Shown: positions 12,782 to 24,735 of the stretch, piece after piece
How positions within the stretch are numbered: position 1 is the first letter of the stretch
Layout of the letters: each line of letters opens with the position of its first letter
Origin: Selaginella moellendorffii
Taxonomy: Eukaryota > Plantae > Lycopodiophyta
Assembly: GCF_000143415.4 (NCBI RefSeq)
Contig: NW_003314306.1
Coordinates: 714,897 to 778,896, forward strand
Direction: 5' to 3'
Length of the DNA stretch: 64,000 nt
Translations under genes and position numbers: made by a program
Notes under the pieces: generated by a model
The model's database searches: none
What the model saw: the letters and a program-made list of their open reading frames with translations, nothing else
What the model was told of the DNA's origin: nothing

Positions 12782-14077
12782 ATGGAAGAGGAGGTCGATG
12801 ACGCTATGTACGAGCGTAACAGGAGAGAGAGAGTGATGAGAGATCCATTCTTTCTGTCAGAGCTAGATCTCATAGTACAAGAGCCTAGATCACGCGTGCT
12901 GGATGAAGCGAGGCTAGCGCTAGAAAATGTGCCTAGGCCTAGGTATAATGCGTACGCATACGCAAACGCGGTGCATCACACGAGTTCTTCGGATGGCAGC
13001 AGCACACCAGTGCTCAATCTTTCCGTAATATCGAGTCCAAACGCTTCCGGTGAGGTTTCGAGCAGCTCTGGGGCCAGCGAGATCGAGGATTCAACCGATT
13101 CAGAAGATTCTAGTGAAGACTCTAGCAATTCCGGTACTGTACTATCGACTCAGGGCAGCGATCCGGGCTCATCCAGTGCCACGCCTTGGATTTCAGGGTA
13201 TCCGCCGATGGTCGCGAGCTCAAGCGGCGAAAATCCGGACTCCTCCAGCGTAATCTCAGGTCTACTCTCTCGCAGGGAGGAGCCGATGGCGATATCGATT
13301 CCAAGGTCTTCCCGGGAGGGTCCTAGCAGCTCCGGCGCCGTAGGTCTAGGCTCGTCATCGAGCGCCAAAATATCGTCTCCAGGCGATCCGAGCTCGTCCA
13401 GTGCCACGGCAAGCGCTGTTCTTCCAGGTCCGCGCTCATCGAGCACCGCCTCGATTCCAGAGGATCCGAGCTCATCCAGCGCCGTAATATCGTCTCCAGG
13501 GAAGGACCCGAGCTCGTCCGCCGCAGCAAGCTTTCATCTTCCAGGTCCGAGCTCATCGAGCGGGGCAGCCTCGATTCCAGAGGATCCGAGCTCATCCAGC
13601 GCCATAATATCGTCTCTAGGCATGGATCCGAGCTCGTCCGTTGCCACAGCACCAGGTCCGAGCTCATCGAGCGCCGCAACCGCGATTCCGAAGGATCCAG
13701 GCTCATCCAGCGCGTCTCCAGGCAAGGATCCGAGCTCGTCCATTGCCGCAAGCTATGGTCTTCCGGGTCCGAGCTCATCGAACGCCGCAGCCTCGTTTCC
13801 AAAGGATCCAAGCCCATCCAACGCTATAATATCGTCTCCAGGCAAGGATCCGAGCTCGTCCATTGCCGCAGCAATTCCTGGTCCAAGTTCATCCAGCGGC
13901 AATCTTCCAGGGAGCGCCTCGACTCCAAGCTCATCCAACGCCATAATAAATCTTCCAGGTCTGAGCGCCGCAACCTCGCCTCCAGGTAAGGATCCGAGCT
14001 CGTTCCAAGCTCCAATCATGACATCTTCCAGGTCTGAGCTTATCCAGGGCCGCAACCTCCGATCCAAGTTCATCTAG
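12782..14077 (+). CDS. Ser/Pro-rich repeat protein of unknown function, possibly frameshifted near its 3' end
   Basis: 431-aa ORF with recurring PGKDPSSS/PGPSSS/IPEDPSSS units. Similar repeats continue in another frame (14131-14610). Confidence 0.5.
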   Translation: MEEEVDDAMYERNRRERVMRDPFFLSELDLIVQEPRSRVLDEARLALENVPRPRYNAYAYANAVHHTSSSDGSSTPVLNLSVISSPNASGEVSSSSGASEIEDSTDSEDSSEDSSNSGTVLSTQGSDPGSSSATPWISGYPPMVASSSGENPDSSSVISGLLSRREEPMAISIPRSSREGPSSSGAVGLGSSSSAKISSPGDPSSSSATASAVLPGPRSSSTASIPEDPSSSSAVISSPGKDPSSSAAASFHLPGPSSSSGAASIPEDPSSSSAIISSLGMDPSSSVATAPGPSSSSAATAIPKDPGSSSASPGKDPSSSIAASYGLPGPSSSNAAASFPKDPSPSNAIISSPGKDPSSSIAAAIPGPSSSSGNLPGSASTPSSSNAIINLPGLSAATSPPGKDPSSFQAPIMTSSRSELIQGRNLRSKFI

Positions 14078-14170
14078 CTCCTCTCCAGGTAACGAACCGA
14101 GCCCGTCCAGTTCCACAGCAAGCTCTAATCGTGAGCTTTCCAGGTCCGAGCTCCTCTCCCACAGCAAGCT
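13380..14170 (+). repeat. Degenerate tandem repeat (GGATCCGAGCTC / CCAGGTCCGAGCTC units) within the Ser-rich ORF
   Basis: Many visible copies of gatccgagctc and ccaggtccgagctcatc. Confidence 0.8.
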
Positions 14171-14478
14171 TTGGTCTTCCCTCATGGAGCGCTACGTCGA
14201 CTCCAAAGGCGAGTTCATCATCAAGCGGCTGGGATATCGAGCGGAGCTCCTCCAGCGCGATTCCAAGCTCCTCCGGCACGGCTACTCCAAGTAGCATCAT
14301 CCCGGGTGGATTCGGCCATGGTCCGTCACGCCCTGGCCCGATCGCGAACGGCGGCAAAGGCAAGTGGATACTGATCGCCAGCAAATCATCCACCGGCGTT
14401 TCCAGGATCACCACCCGCGTCGCCACCACCCCATCAGTGCCAGAAGTGCTGTACGTGCTCGAGCGGCTGTACCATCCT

Positions 14479-15410
14479 CTAGACATCTTTCGTTCTTTCT
14501 GTTTTCCCGGTATGTTCTTCGTCCTCGTTCCCTCGATTGGTCGTTCGCAAGCCCTACCATCAATTGATTGCTGCCCATGGCACGGCTATACGCGACGACC
14601 AGCCCGGTAAGCGTGAATTGAAGCATTCCTGATTGTTTTTTGACGCGTTTTTTCGTTCTTCAGTTTCAGCGACCTTTTTCCTCTTTACCATGGTATTCGT
14701 TTGCTATGGTAGCTGGACGGCTTATTTTTCAGCTCCAGGTAAGCTCGGAATGTTTGAATCGCCCCTAGATTTACAGTTTTTTCATTCTTTTCAGTTTTTA
14801 CAGTTTTTCGTTACCAATCACTCAATCAACCTCCTACAAACAAACCAAGAGAACTACTGTTCCAGGGAGAGCTTTCTACCATCAGCTCCCAATCCCATCT
14901 CAGGATTGTTCATCCGAGGCCTACAGTCCACGTCCTGGTGCTCGCTCCTCTAGATCTTTTGTTCTCTTTCTTTCGTCGCCTTCTTCGTCCTCGCTCTCTC
15001 GTTCCGTCGATTGGTCGTTCGCAAGCTCTTCTATCGATTGATCGCTGCCCATGGCTATAAACGCGACGACCACCCCGGTAAGCTTGACTCTTTGATTGTG
15101 TTTTGACACACGTTCTTTCCTTGGACAGCTCTTTGATCTTGGCCATCATTTTCGTTTCTATTTGTGTTTTTTTCCGTTTTCGAGAGTACGTTACTAAAGA
15201 GCAGCTTTTTTCCATCTCATGGTAGCTGGGATGGACCTTCGTCTTCAGCTCCAGGTAAGCTCTTCCGATTTTAAAGCCTCCCGTCGATTTACAGTCTGTC
15301 AGATTAGTCAAGTGCTCGGGCCCTCAACGAACCTAAGGAGAGAACTATTGTTCCTGCGAAGGCAAATCGTTCACTCGACCTGCCTCATGATCGAGAGTAC
15401 TGTTCCAGCG
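14479..15410 (+). repeat. Imperfect tandem duplication of a ~400-460 bp unit (~14479-14870 and ~14950-15410)
   Basis: Shared blocks in the same order: tcgattggtcgttcgcaagc, ctgcccatggc, acgcgacgacca.cccggtaagc, ggtagctgg, cagctccaggtaagctc, gatttacag, gagaacta.tgttcc. Confidence 0.75.
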
Positions 15411-15503
15411 AAAGCAAATCGTTTGTAAGTAGCCATTTACAAATTCGTTTCAAACGTTTACAAGGCAGGCCAGTAGCGTGACAATCTCCTCAAACTTGAC
15501 TGC

Positions 15504-17874
15504 TCAGTCGTCCAAGTAATAGTAAGACCCGGTAGCCTTTTGCTCACGATCTTTGATGGAGTCGAGCTTGTTGATCCGCGGCCTAAAGTTCGTGGGATCA
15601 CGCCGGAAGGTGATGTCCAGGTGCTGCGCAAAGCGAAAAAGTGGAATCAAATCAGCCATGAACGCCTGGAGAAGGAGAGAGAAAACGCTACTCACCGAGA
15701 GGAACAGGTTCATCCCCGTGAGGAGACTCTGGGGCGAGTTGGCAACGCACTCCACCGACGGTTTTCCTTCGTAGACGATGACCCTGTCCGCCAAGTACGT
15801 TGCCATGATCAAGTCGTGCTCCACCACGAAGGCCGTCTTCTTGGCGTGGAGGATGAAGCGCTTGATCACCTTGCACGCCACCAGTCGCTGCTCGGAGTCC
15901 AAGTGAGCGCTGGGCTCGTCGATCAGATAGATGTCCGCGGGCTGCCAAGGCAAATGGTTAGATATGCTGCGAGGATAAGTTCAAGGAAAAGCGCTACTAC
16001 CTTTCCAAGGCAAAGGCAAATAGCAACGCGCTGGCGCTCTCCACCCGATAAGTTGGCAACTTCCCGGTCCATGAGTGCCTCAATCTGGAGAGGCTTCATC
16101 ACGTCCGTGTTGAATTGAGGATGAAAGCACGAGTCCCGGATCTTGGTGTGCAGCAAATGCCGGACCGTGGACTGGGAATTGGAGTTGACATGTTGTGGCT
16201 TGTATGAGACGTTGAACTCGGGAATTTCTTCGGAGTCACGAGAATCGTCGTCGGATTTTAGTAGCCCAGCCTGAGATTGGAAGAAACCTTACAGGTGAAA
16301 ATGGAAATGACTTTGAAAACTTACCAGCATTCTTATGAAAGTGGTCTTTCCGGTTCCATTCTCCCCGAGCATCACAATAATCTGTGAGTCTGTGAAGTCC
16401 CCCTCCTTGATTTGAAGCTTGAAGCTTCCTTGAGTCCTTGACATGGCAGGATACTTATACCGAGTGTACGCCTGGACTTCCTCGGCGCTCTCTTGAGCGC
16501 TCTCAGCAACCTTGCATTGACATAATCCCCGTTTTAATTGAAAAATTAGTGAAAACAATTCTTACCTTGAATGTGAGGGACACATCACGGAATCGCACAT
16601 TTTCCGTAGGAATATATCCAGCGAGGAATACGTTTATGCCTTCCCTCACGGAGAAAGGGAGCGTCACAACGCCATAGGCACCGGGCTTCCCGTAGAGGCA
16701 GCAAATGTAATCAGACAGATAGTCAAGAACACTCAGGTCATGCTCCACGACGATCACATAGCTGCATTGCAAACTCAAAGTAAGTTGAGGAAAACCAAAA
16801 AAGAAAGGAGTTCGTACTTGGTTGGCGTGAGAAGGGACCGAATGACTTGAGCAGCCTTGAGCCTCTGCCGAACATCCAGAAAGCTGGATGGCTCGTCAAA
16901 CATGTAGACGTCCGCCTTCTGCACGGCCACCTCGGCTATAGCAAAGCGTTGGAGCTCTCCACCGGACAAATCCTCCAGATTTCGGTCCAGGACGTCGATC
17001 AAATCAAGATCACGGCAAACATCCTCCATCGCACCTCTTTCATCCTTCCGCGAAAGAGCTTCACCGACGTTGCCTTTGATCACCTTAGGAACTTTGTTCA
17101 CGTCCTGCGTTTTCGTGACCACCTGAGACACAGGCTTCGTTAGGAAATCACTAGAACTAGAGTCCTGTCTCCATACCTTCAAATTATCTTCTACACATCG
17201 CAAGAAATAGTTCTGGAGTTCCGATCCTCTGAAGTATGTCAAGATCTCTTGCCAGTCCGGAGGATTCTACAAGCGTAAAGCTGTCAGCTAGGAACTAAGC
17301 AAATAGCACAATAAATACCGCAAAGTTCCCCAAGTTGGGCTTGAGGTATCCGTGAAGAACTTTCAAGGCGGTCGTCTTTCCAATTCCATTCGTCCCAACA
17401 AGACCCAAGACCTGGCCTGGCTTTGGAGTAGGAAGCCTGTTTACGTGAAGTCAGCACCAGCACCAACAAGGCATCCACCAAGCAAACCTGTGTAACTTGA
17501 AACTGTTCGCTCCATATCGATGTGTGGTTTCTTTGTCCAACTCCCTGGGAAGATTGATGATCTCTATAGCTCGAAACGGACATTTCTGCCACATACAAGA
17601 TATGAATAGAAGAAAGAAAAAAAAAGGGAAAACGCACTTTCACGCAAATACCACAACCAATGCACAGCTCCTCCGAAATGGACGAGATCTTGGATGCTGA
17701 CGAGACCTCGACGCACAGCTTCCCTGAAAATTCGAATTCATTCTACCATTCGAGAGAGGAGAAGGAAAACTTGCCTGTTTTCACCACGGGGCAGCTCTTC
17801 TTGCACTCTTGGTTGCACTTCTTGGGCTTGCAACGATCGGAGTTGACAACGGCGATCCTAGTGAGACGACTCAT
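15504..17874 (-). CDS. ABCE: ABCE/RLI Fe-S ABC ATPase (ribosome recycling factor), multi-exon
   Basis: [20 protein letters not shown] Fe-S domain; CIGCGICVK; two NBDs ([30 protein letters not shown]); C-terminal [14 protein letters not shown]...YYYLDD. Confidence 0.96.
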
Positions 17875-18169
17875 TGTTAAAAAGGGAAATGAAGACCTAG
17901 TTTCGTAAAACCAACTTTATACTACTTTGGACGGCTCGATACGCGCTCCAGTAAACGGTTGCGATAGGCTGGAAACCAACGACCCACCCTAAAAGGCTGT
18001 TGGGAATCCTTTAGATGGATATACTGAAGCCAAAACAAAAGGCAAGGACTAAGATTGTTGAGATAAACAACACTACGCTAGGGTTTTTTTCCTTTTGTAC
18101 TTTTGAGTTTTCTTTAACATACTCCTCTACTCTCAGCCATGCTGTTGCTCGCGAGGGTCTGTAGATAGT

Positions 18170-19880
18170 ATGCTAATGGAGGCATGAAGCCGTTTGTTTT
18201 TAGTGGAAAGGATTTTGGTCTCTAGAAGAAGCTCATGGCTTTAGTTCCAAGGAGTGTATGGCATTGTGGATCTCTCTAATCTAGAGCCAATGGCCGGCCA
18301 GAGATTGGAGGCTCAAAGAGTTTTGAGGGACTGGAGGACCAAGAATCAATGGGCTGTTGGTTGCATCTGCTCCTACTTGAGTCATAGGATCTTGATCAAG
18401 GTGGAGATGGGAAAAGGATGTGCCCATGTCTGGAAATGGCTGGATAACACTTTCAACAAAAAGAGTGATATGGAGGTCACATTCATTGTTAGATGTGTGT
18501 ATTTTCCGGATGGGGGTGATATGCTAGAACACATTGAATGTTTAAGCTGACTGTTTGCAGAATTGGCTACAAAAGGTAAGGAACATGAGGTTCCTGAATC
18601 GATGCAAAAAGTGAGAGAGCCCAAACCCATGAGGTTCATCAGGCTATGTATGCAAGATGCAGCCAACTGAATGTGGCAAACAAATCATGTGTTGGGTGGC
18701 ATGCCAAGAACTAGAAGCGGTTACAATAGATATGCTGGGCAAGATGAGGAAAACCCTCGAGATGGAGCTATTGAAGGCTTTTGAGGTCATAAAGCTATTG
18801 AGAGCTTGCAAGGGAGTAATCATTCAAGCTGTGGGTGAGGTAGAGAAGGCAAATCCAAGCACATTGATTGTGACCAATGCAAGATGTGCTGGAAACATGG
18901 TCATTGGGCTTATTATTGCCCTAATGCCAAAAACATAACTCATTTAGGCACTAAAGAAGATGATGCAATTGATATAAAAGAAGAGAGCCATAATGTTAAG
19001 ACTCTTGGGAATAATAAAGCTTGGGTCTTGGACTTTAGTTGTACCAACTTGATGTGTATGAATAAATATGTACTTGAGGAGTATAAACATGTGAAACAAA
19101 GTTATGGAGTTGTTTTAGGAGATGACACCCGCCTTAACACGGGAACTTTCAAGCTTAAATTTCAAAATGGAAATGACATGACTTTCACAATGCAATGCAT
19201 ATCCCAAATTTACAAAGAAATCTCATATCAGTGGCCAAGGTTTATGACAATAATGTGGTGGTGATCTTTAATGATGAAGGTATTGTGTTTGTTGACAAAT
19301 GCACATTTAAAATATTTGGAATGAAGCTTTTGTATAAGGAGCATCAAAGAAACTTATATAAAATTTCTTTTGAAGGGCACATACAATAAATGTTGAGCAC
19401 CTTCTTTTGATTGGAGCGAAAAATAATAATGCCTTTTTGTGCCATTGTTGCTTCAAGCATGTCAACTAAAAAGCTATGCAAGAAATACACATAAAAGGTA
19501 TGACTTGAAAGGGGGGTTTGTCGGTGTTTTTTACAAGTTATGTGTGCTTAGAAAACACCATCACAAAAATTTTGCATCATCAAAGAAGAGGATTTTTCAA
19601 TCATTTGAGCTTATCTATGTTGATTTATCTAGACCAATAAAAATCCCAAGCTATTTTGGAGCAAGATACTTCATTATGTTTGTTGATGATTATAGTAGGA
19701 AGATATGTATATTTTTCCTTCAAAGTAAGAGTGAGGTTGTTGAAGCTTTTAAATTTTACAAGTTTTATACTGAAACAAAGCTTGAAAGAAGATTGAAAGC
19801 TATAGGAATTGATAAAGGCAAAGAGTACTTAAATGATGCTTTTTGACAAATTTATTGTGCTATTAGAATTTCCTACTAAG
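18170..19880 (+). mobile_element. Decayed Ty1/copia gag-protease-integrase remnant, truncated at the gypsy LTR
   Basis: Zinc knuckle CWKHGHWAYYC; protease WVLDFSCTNLM; LQRNLISV; integrase LIYVDL..P, FVDDYSRK and DKGKEY. Many stops and frameshifts. Confidence 0.85.
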
Positions 19881-20968
19881 TGTAAGCCACAAATTTTTGC
19901 TTTCCAATTTGCCAGCTTACCTCGTCTATCTGACCAACACTGCCTTGGCTTTTGTTAAGTTCCCTTGCCAAGGTTCCCACCTATTGTACTAGCTCTTACT
20001 TGGTCTTATTTGGTTTCAGCTACTCATTGCATAAGTAACAGAGCATTAGCCATCCATTCACGGATTCCCAAATCTCTCCTAATCCCCCTCCCCGGGTTAT
20101 ACTGGACTTAAGGTTCGGCTACACTCCTCATAGGCACAAGCAGCCAAGCACACCAAGCCTCCAAGTTCCTAACATCCCTTGGTACAACAAAACTTGATCA
20201 TGGGACCCTCTAAATCCTAAGCCTTGGGTGCAACACTTGCTTCGGGACATCGGGGCAAAACACCATGGCCTAACGGCCCGGTATGGGTACCTCTACCCCA
20301 CCACTTCCATCCTGAAGGGAAGGCCCAAGCCCCTAGGAAGGGCGAGGACCAATGAGCCATAAGGTACTCAAGTGGGGCACCACTCCACATGAGCCGGGAG
20401 CACTGCAGTCGGTTTCCCTTTCGAGAGTGGGAGCTGCTCTTGAGCACTTCCTTGGGTGGCCCCTCTGGCACCACCCGAGTCCTCAAGTCAATTTGGAAGC
20501 ACCACTGGAGAATTCCTTCAAGACTAGTTCTTGGACCTCACTATCCTTATTATACTTTTGGAACCCTCTACAGCCCCCCCCTCCCCAACCCCGGGGAGAC
20601 GCACGCTTTGGGCTTTCACCCCTTGACCTGTATTAGTACTCGGACTTAGTCTCGGACCCGACTTCGGACTTGGTTTCAGACTCGATCTCATACCCGATTT
20701 CGGACCCGATCTCGGACTCAACTTCGAACTCGACCTTAGACTCGTCTCGGAACCGATCTCGGATCTCGGACTCTGTCTTGAACTCGGTCTTGAACTCGGT
20801 CTCCGAGTCAGCCTCGGACTCGATCCCGGACTTTATCTCGAACTCGGTCTCAGAGTTGGTTTTGGACTCGATCTCAGACTCGGTCCCATCCAATGAACTC
20901 TTTATCATTTTGGTCATGCTTTTGGGGATCCTTTAGCTTACGACACCTCGGGGAGTTGGTTCCTTACA
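19881..20968 (-). repeat. 3' LTR of the gypsy element (family A), containing a 12-bp TCGGACTCGATC-like tandem array (~20638-20885)
   Basis: TG...CA termini; homologous to 26942-27430 joined with 40933-41608. Confidence 0.9.
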
Positions 20969-21429
20969 ACTCTACCACCCATAGAAGAAGTTCGATGCCC
21001 ACATCGAATGTCTCTTTTAAAATCCTATGACTTGTTAACCATGTCTCTGGGGGCATCCCCCCACTTAGCGGTGTGCCTAAGTTAGCCTCCTTGGCCAAGA
21101 GCCCATGACAACGGAATATAGGTGTCCCTATACCCCTCACATCACCACTCCTTAGTATGGGGTCGGGACTTGAACCCAGCTTTGCTTTACTAGGGGGTTG
21201 GGACTTGAACCCAACCTCCGTAGAATACGTCTACAGATTTGACATTCCCGCGGGGAGTCGGGCGTAGTGCCCTACGCCTGATTGACCTAGCTAACCCATG
21301 CTAATTAGCTTACCTTCGGCGCGCCTTCGGGTCCCAATATATGCCATTGCTCAACTTCACAAATTGATACTTTAATTGAACTTTGCATAAGTATATAGAG
21401 TTCTGCCTTGCAGAAATTCCTCCATTAGA

Positions 21430-23780
21430 TCTCGCGCATTCGCTAGATTCTCCTCTGGTTCCTATGTTGCTTTGCAGTGTGGAAATCCTTTCCACTTCAT
21501 ATGGAACTCTCTCACCTCGCGTCCTAGATGGTTGTCTTGCTTCAAAACTGCGCCCAACGCAAAGTCTGAAACATCCGTTTCTACATCAAAGTCCTTACCA
21601 AAGTCTGGTAACGCCAATAAAGGAGACTTCCTCAACTTCCTTTTGAGGTGGACAAATGCCACTTCGCATTCCACTGTCCATACCATCTTCCCTTTTCCTG
21701 TTTGGTCCGTTAAGGGTAGAGCTACTCTCAAATAATGTTTGATAAACTTTCGGTAGTAGTTGCATCTCCCCAAGAATGCCCTTAACTTGTGTACATCGAT
21801 GGTCGCTCCCAATCCTGGATTTCTTGGACCTTCTCAGGGTCCACCTTGAGCCCGTCCTTGCCCACCACATGCCCGAGAAACTTTACCTCTTGTTGAGCAA
21901 AGTCACATTTGCTCTCTTTAGCATACAGCTGGTGTTCCCTTAGTTTCTCAAACACTTTCGTCAAGTGTTTGGCATGCTCCTCTAGCGTTTTGCTATAGAT
22001 CAGGATGTTGTCAATATAAATGAGTAGAAAGTGATCCAAATAGGGTACAAAGATGTGGTTCATTAACACTAAAAACATTGCCGACGCATTGCATAGCCCA
22101 AAGGGCATCACCAGAAACTCAAATCTCCCATACTTTGTTTGACAGGTTATCTTCTTGACATCTTCTTCTGCTACCCTGATCTGGTAGTATCCTGACCTTA
22201 GGTCAATCCTCGAGAAGTATTTTTCCTTCCCCAACCTATCGAATAGGTCCTCAATCCTTGGCAAAGGGTACTTATTTTTCTTTGTATACTTGTTGAGCAA
22301 CCGATAGTATATGCATATGTGTATAGATCCATCTTTCTTCTTCACAAATAACACTAGTGCCCCATACGGCGACTTGCTCAACCTAACATACCCTTTGTCC
22401 ACCAACTCCTCTAATTGGCACTTGAGCTCCTTGAGTTCTTTTTCATTCAAACGATAGGGGGGACGAACCACCGCCTCAACACCCTCGACCAGCTCAATCT
22501 TATGTTCTATTGGTCGTGTGGGGGGCAACCCCATCGGTAGTTGTCCTCTCGTGGACACCAGGTTTAGGCATGAATCTTTAGCCTTGCATTGCCCTACCTT
22601 TAGATCCTGGGCCTCCACTCTGGATCTTTTTCCTTGGGCATTCGCAAGTACCACAAGGTTCCTATCTTGTCCATGCAGGGCTACCACAAGCCGATTGAAC
22701 CAGTCCATCCCGAATATCACGTTAAATCCCACCATGTCCAACACGGTGAAATCCATGTCTACTTTCCATGTCTTTACTTCGACTCTCGCTTGTCGAAGTA
22801 CCTCATCGGTGCTTTGGCTACCTTGAACAAACTCTATAGTCCTTGGTTCGCCCAGCCGCTGCACCATTAGTCCAGCTTGCCGGACTGAGTTTGTAGCTAT
22901 AAAATTATCCGAAACACCCGTGTCAATAAGGATCTTAATAAAGCTACCTCTGAGCTTCCTTTGGAGGGCTAATAGATATCGCGAATGACTCTCTACCAAA
23001 GTTGCTCGTGTAATGAGTAACTTTGAGCTAGGGACTAGATCACATACCTTAGTTTGGATTTCACCCGACTTAATGGCCATATTGGCTTTGGCCTTCTTCG
23101 GGTAGGGACATTCCCTTGAAAAGTGTTCCGCTTCACTGCAGTTGTAGCATATGTTGTTTCCCACGCTACTAACCGACTTGACCTTCTTATCCGTGGGTTT
23201 GTCTCTTTTTGCTTGACTCCCCCATGTACTTACTCGTTGGCTGCCAGATTTGCCTTTTCGGAACCCCAAGGACTCATTCTTAGAGAAACTCTTCTTGAAT
23301 TTCCATCTGCTATAGGTTCCCCTTGGTTTGGCCCCTTTGCTAAACGTGGACCCCGACCCCGTCGTGTTCCCCTTTTGCAGGTTATTGTTGAAATGCATCT
23401 TGATGGCCGCATCCAACGCTTCCTTGTAGTTGGTTGGGTTCCAATGCATCACCTCACCGGGAGCCCAGGTTTGCAAGCCTGATATGAAGGCATGGAACGC
23501 ATCCATATCCCCCATGTCCGTGACAAGTATCCTCTTTGCCATAAACCCATTCACATACTCCTGAATGGTTCCGGTTTACTTCAGCCTACTTAGCTTGTCT
23601 CTTAGATGCAGAGTAGCATTCGGAGGAACATAAGTCGCATAGATTCTTGCCTTCATCATTTCCCTAGTGGCCACCAGTCCTTCGTTGGCCTCTGTCGTTC
23701 TCCACCAAGACTTGGCATTATCTGCCAAGTATGGTTTTACACATGGGACCTTCTCCGAGCTTGGTAACTACACATATTTG
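21430..23780 (-). pseudogene. gypsy gag(C-terminal)-protease-RT-partial RNase H-chromodomain remnant
   Basis: CYNCSEAEHFSREC; LIDTG; YPLPRIEDL; MPFGLCNA; YIDNIL; VETDVSDFALGAVL; REFHMKWKGF chromodomain motif. Confidence 0.9.
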
Positions 23781-24735
23781 GTTCACGTATTTGGTTTGCC
23801 TTTGTTGAGCCCATTCCAAGGAATCCCTCACTAGATTCGAAATGTTGAGTCTTTCCGCCGTGAATGCCTCCACTACGGGTAACTTTCCATGGTACTCAGC
23901 CATGCCGAGCTCCACAAGACCTTCAATAGCTCGCCCATTGATGACTTCCCATAGACTCACCCTGATACTCGAATGTGGTGAGTTGTTATAACATATTTCC
24001 GCAAGTCCCAAATGACTTACCCAATCGGTCTGGTCTTCCGAAACATAGCATCGCAAATAATCCTCCAGCTGCCTATTCACCCTTTTCGTTTGTCCGTCTG
24101 TCAAAAAGTGTTAGTTCCATCAAACTTGACTTAATACCCCATACCTGTTTGTGGGTGATAGGCTATGTTGAATTTTAACTTGGTGCGATACTGTTCTAGG
24201 AGAGTTCTCTAGAACCTACTAGTGAAGATCTTATCTCGATCTGAGAGGATCTTTTCCGGCCTTCCCCGCACTCGAACCACTTGTTCAAAGAACAACTTCG
24301 CCACACCTTTCGCATCCACTTCCGTTGTGGTGGATATGAAATATGCCATTTTTGAAAATTGGTCCACCACCACAAATATCGTATCAAACCCCTCGCTTGG
24401 GGGGAGTCCCGTGATGAAGTCAATCGTAAGACATTTTTACGGACGATCTGGAATTGGGATGCTTTGTAACAAGCCCCCACTAACCTTAGTCACGGCTTTG
24501 ACCTACTGACATGTTGGACATGTCTTTATATAGTCTTGGACGTCCTTAGCCATATCTGGCCAGTGGTACTTCCTCTTGAGTAAGCCTAATGTCTTGGGCA
24601 CTCCACCGTGTCTCGCAAGAGGTCCGTTATGACACTCTTCTAAGGCTACCTTCCTTAATTCCCCTTTTGGAACATACACCCTCGTTTGTTTATTTTGCTA
24701 TTTCCCAACCTATTGAACAGTATTTTGTCTTTCAC
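23781..24735 (-). pseudogene. gypsy integrase fragment
   Basis: TDGQTKRVNRQLEDYLRCYV; YNNSPHSSI; VVVDQFSKMAYF in the flanking frames. Confidence 0.85.

Noticed and set aside
18056-18119. TG...CA segment as the copia 5' LTR
   Set aside because: No PBS follows it and there is no partner LTR in the window.
20633-20936. Acidic/Ser-rich ORFs in LTR A (also 41254-41557)
   Set aside because: Translation products of the 12-bp tandem repeat.
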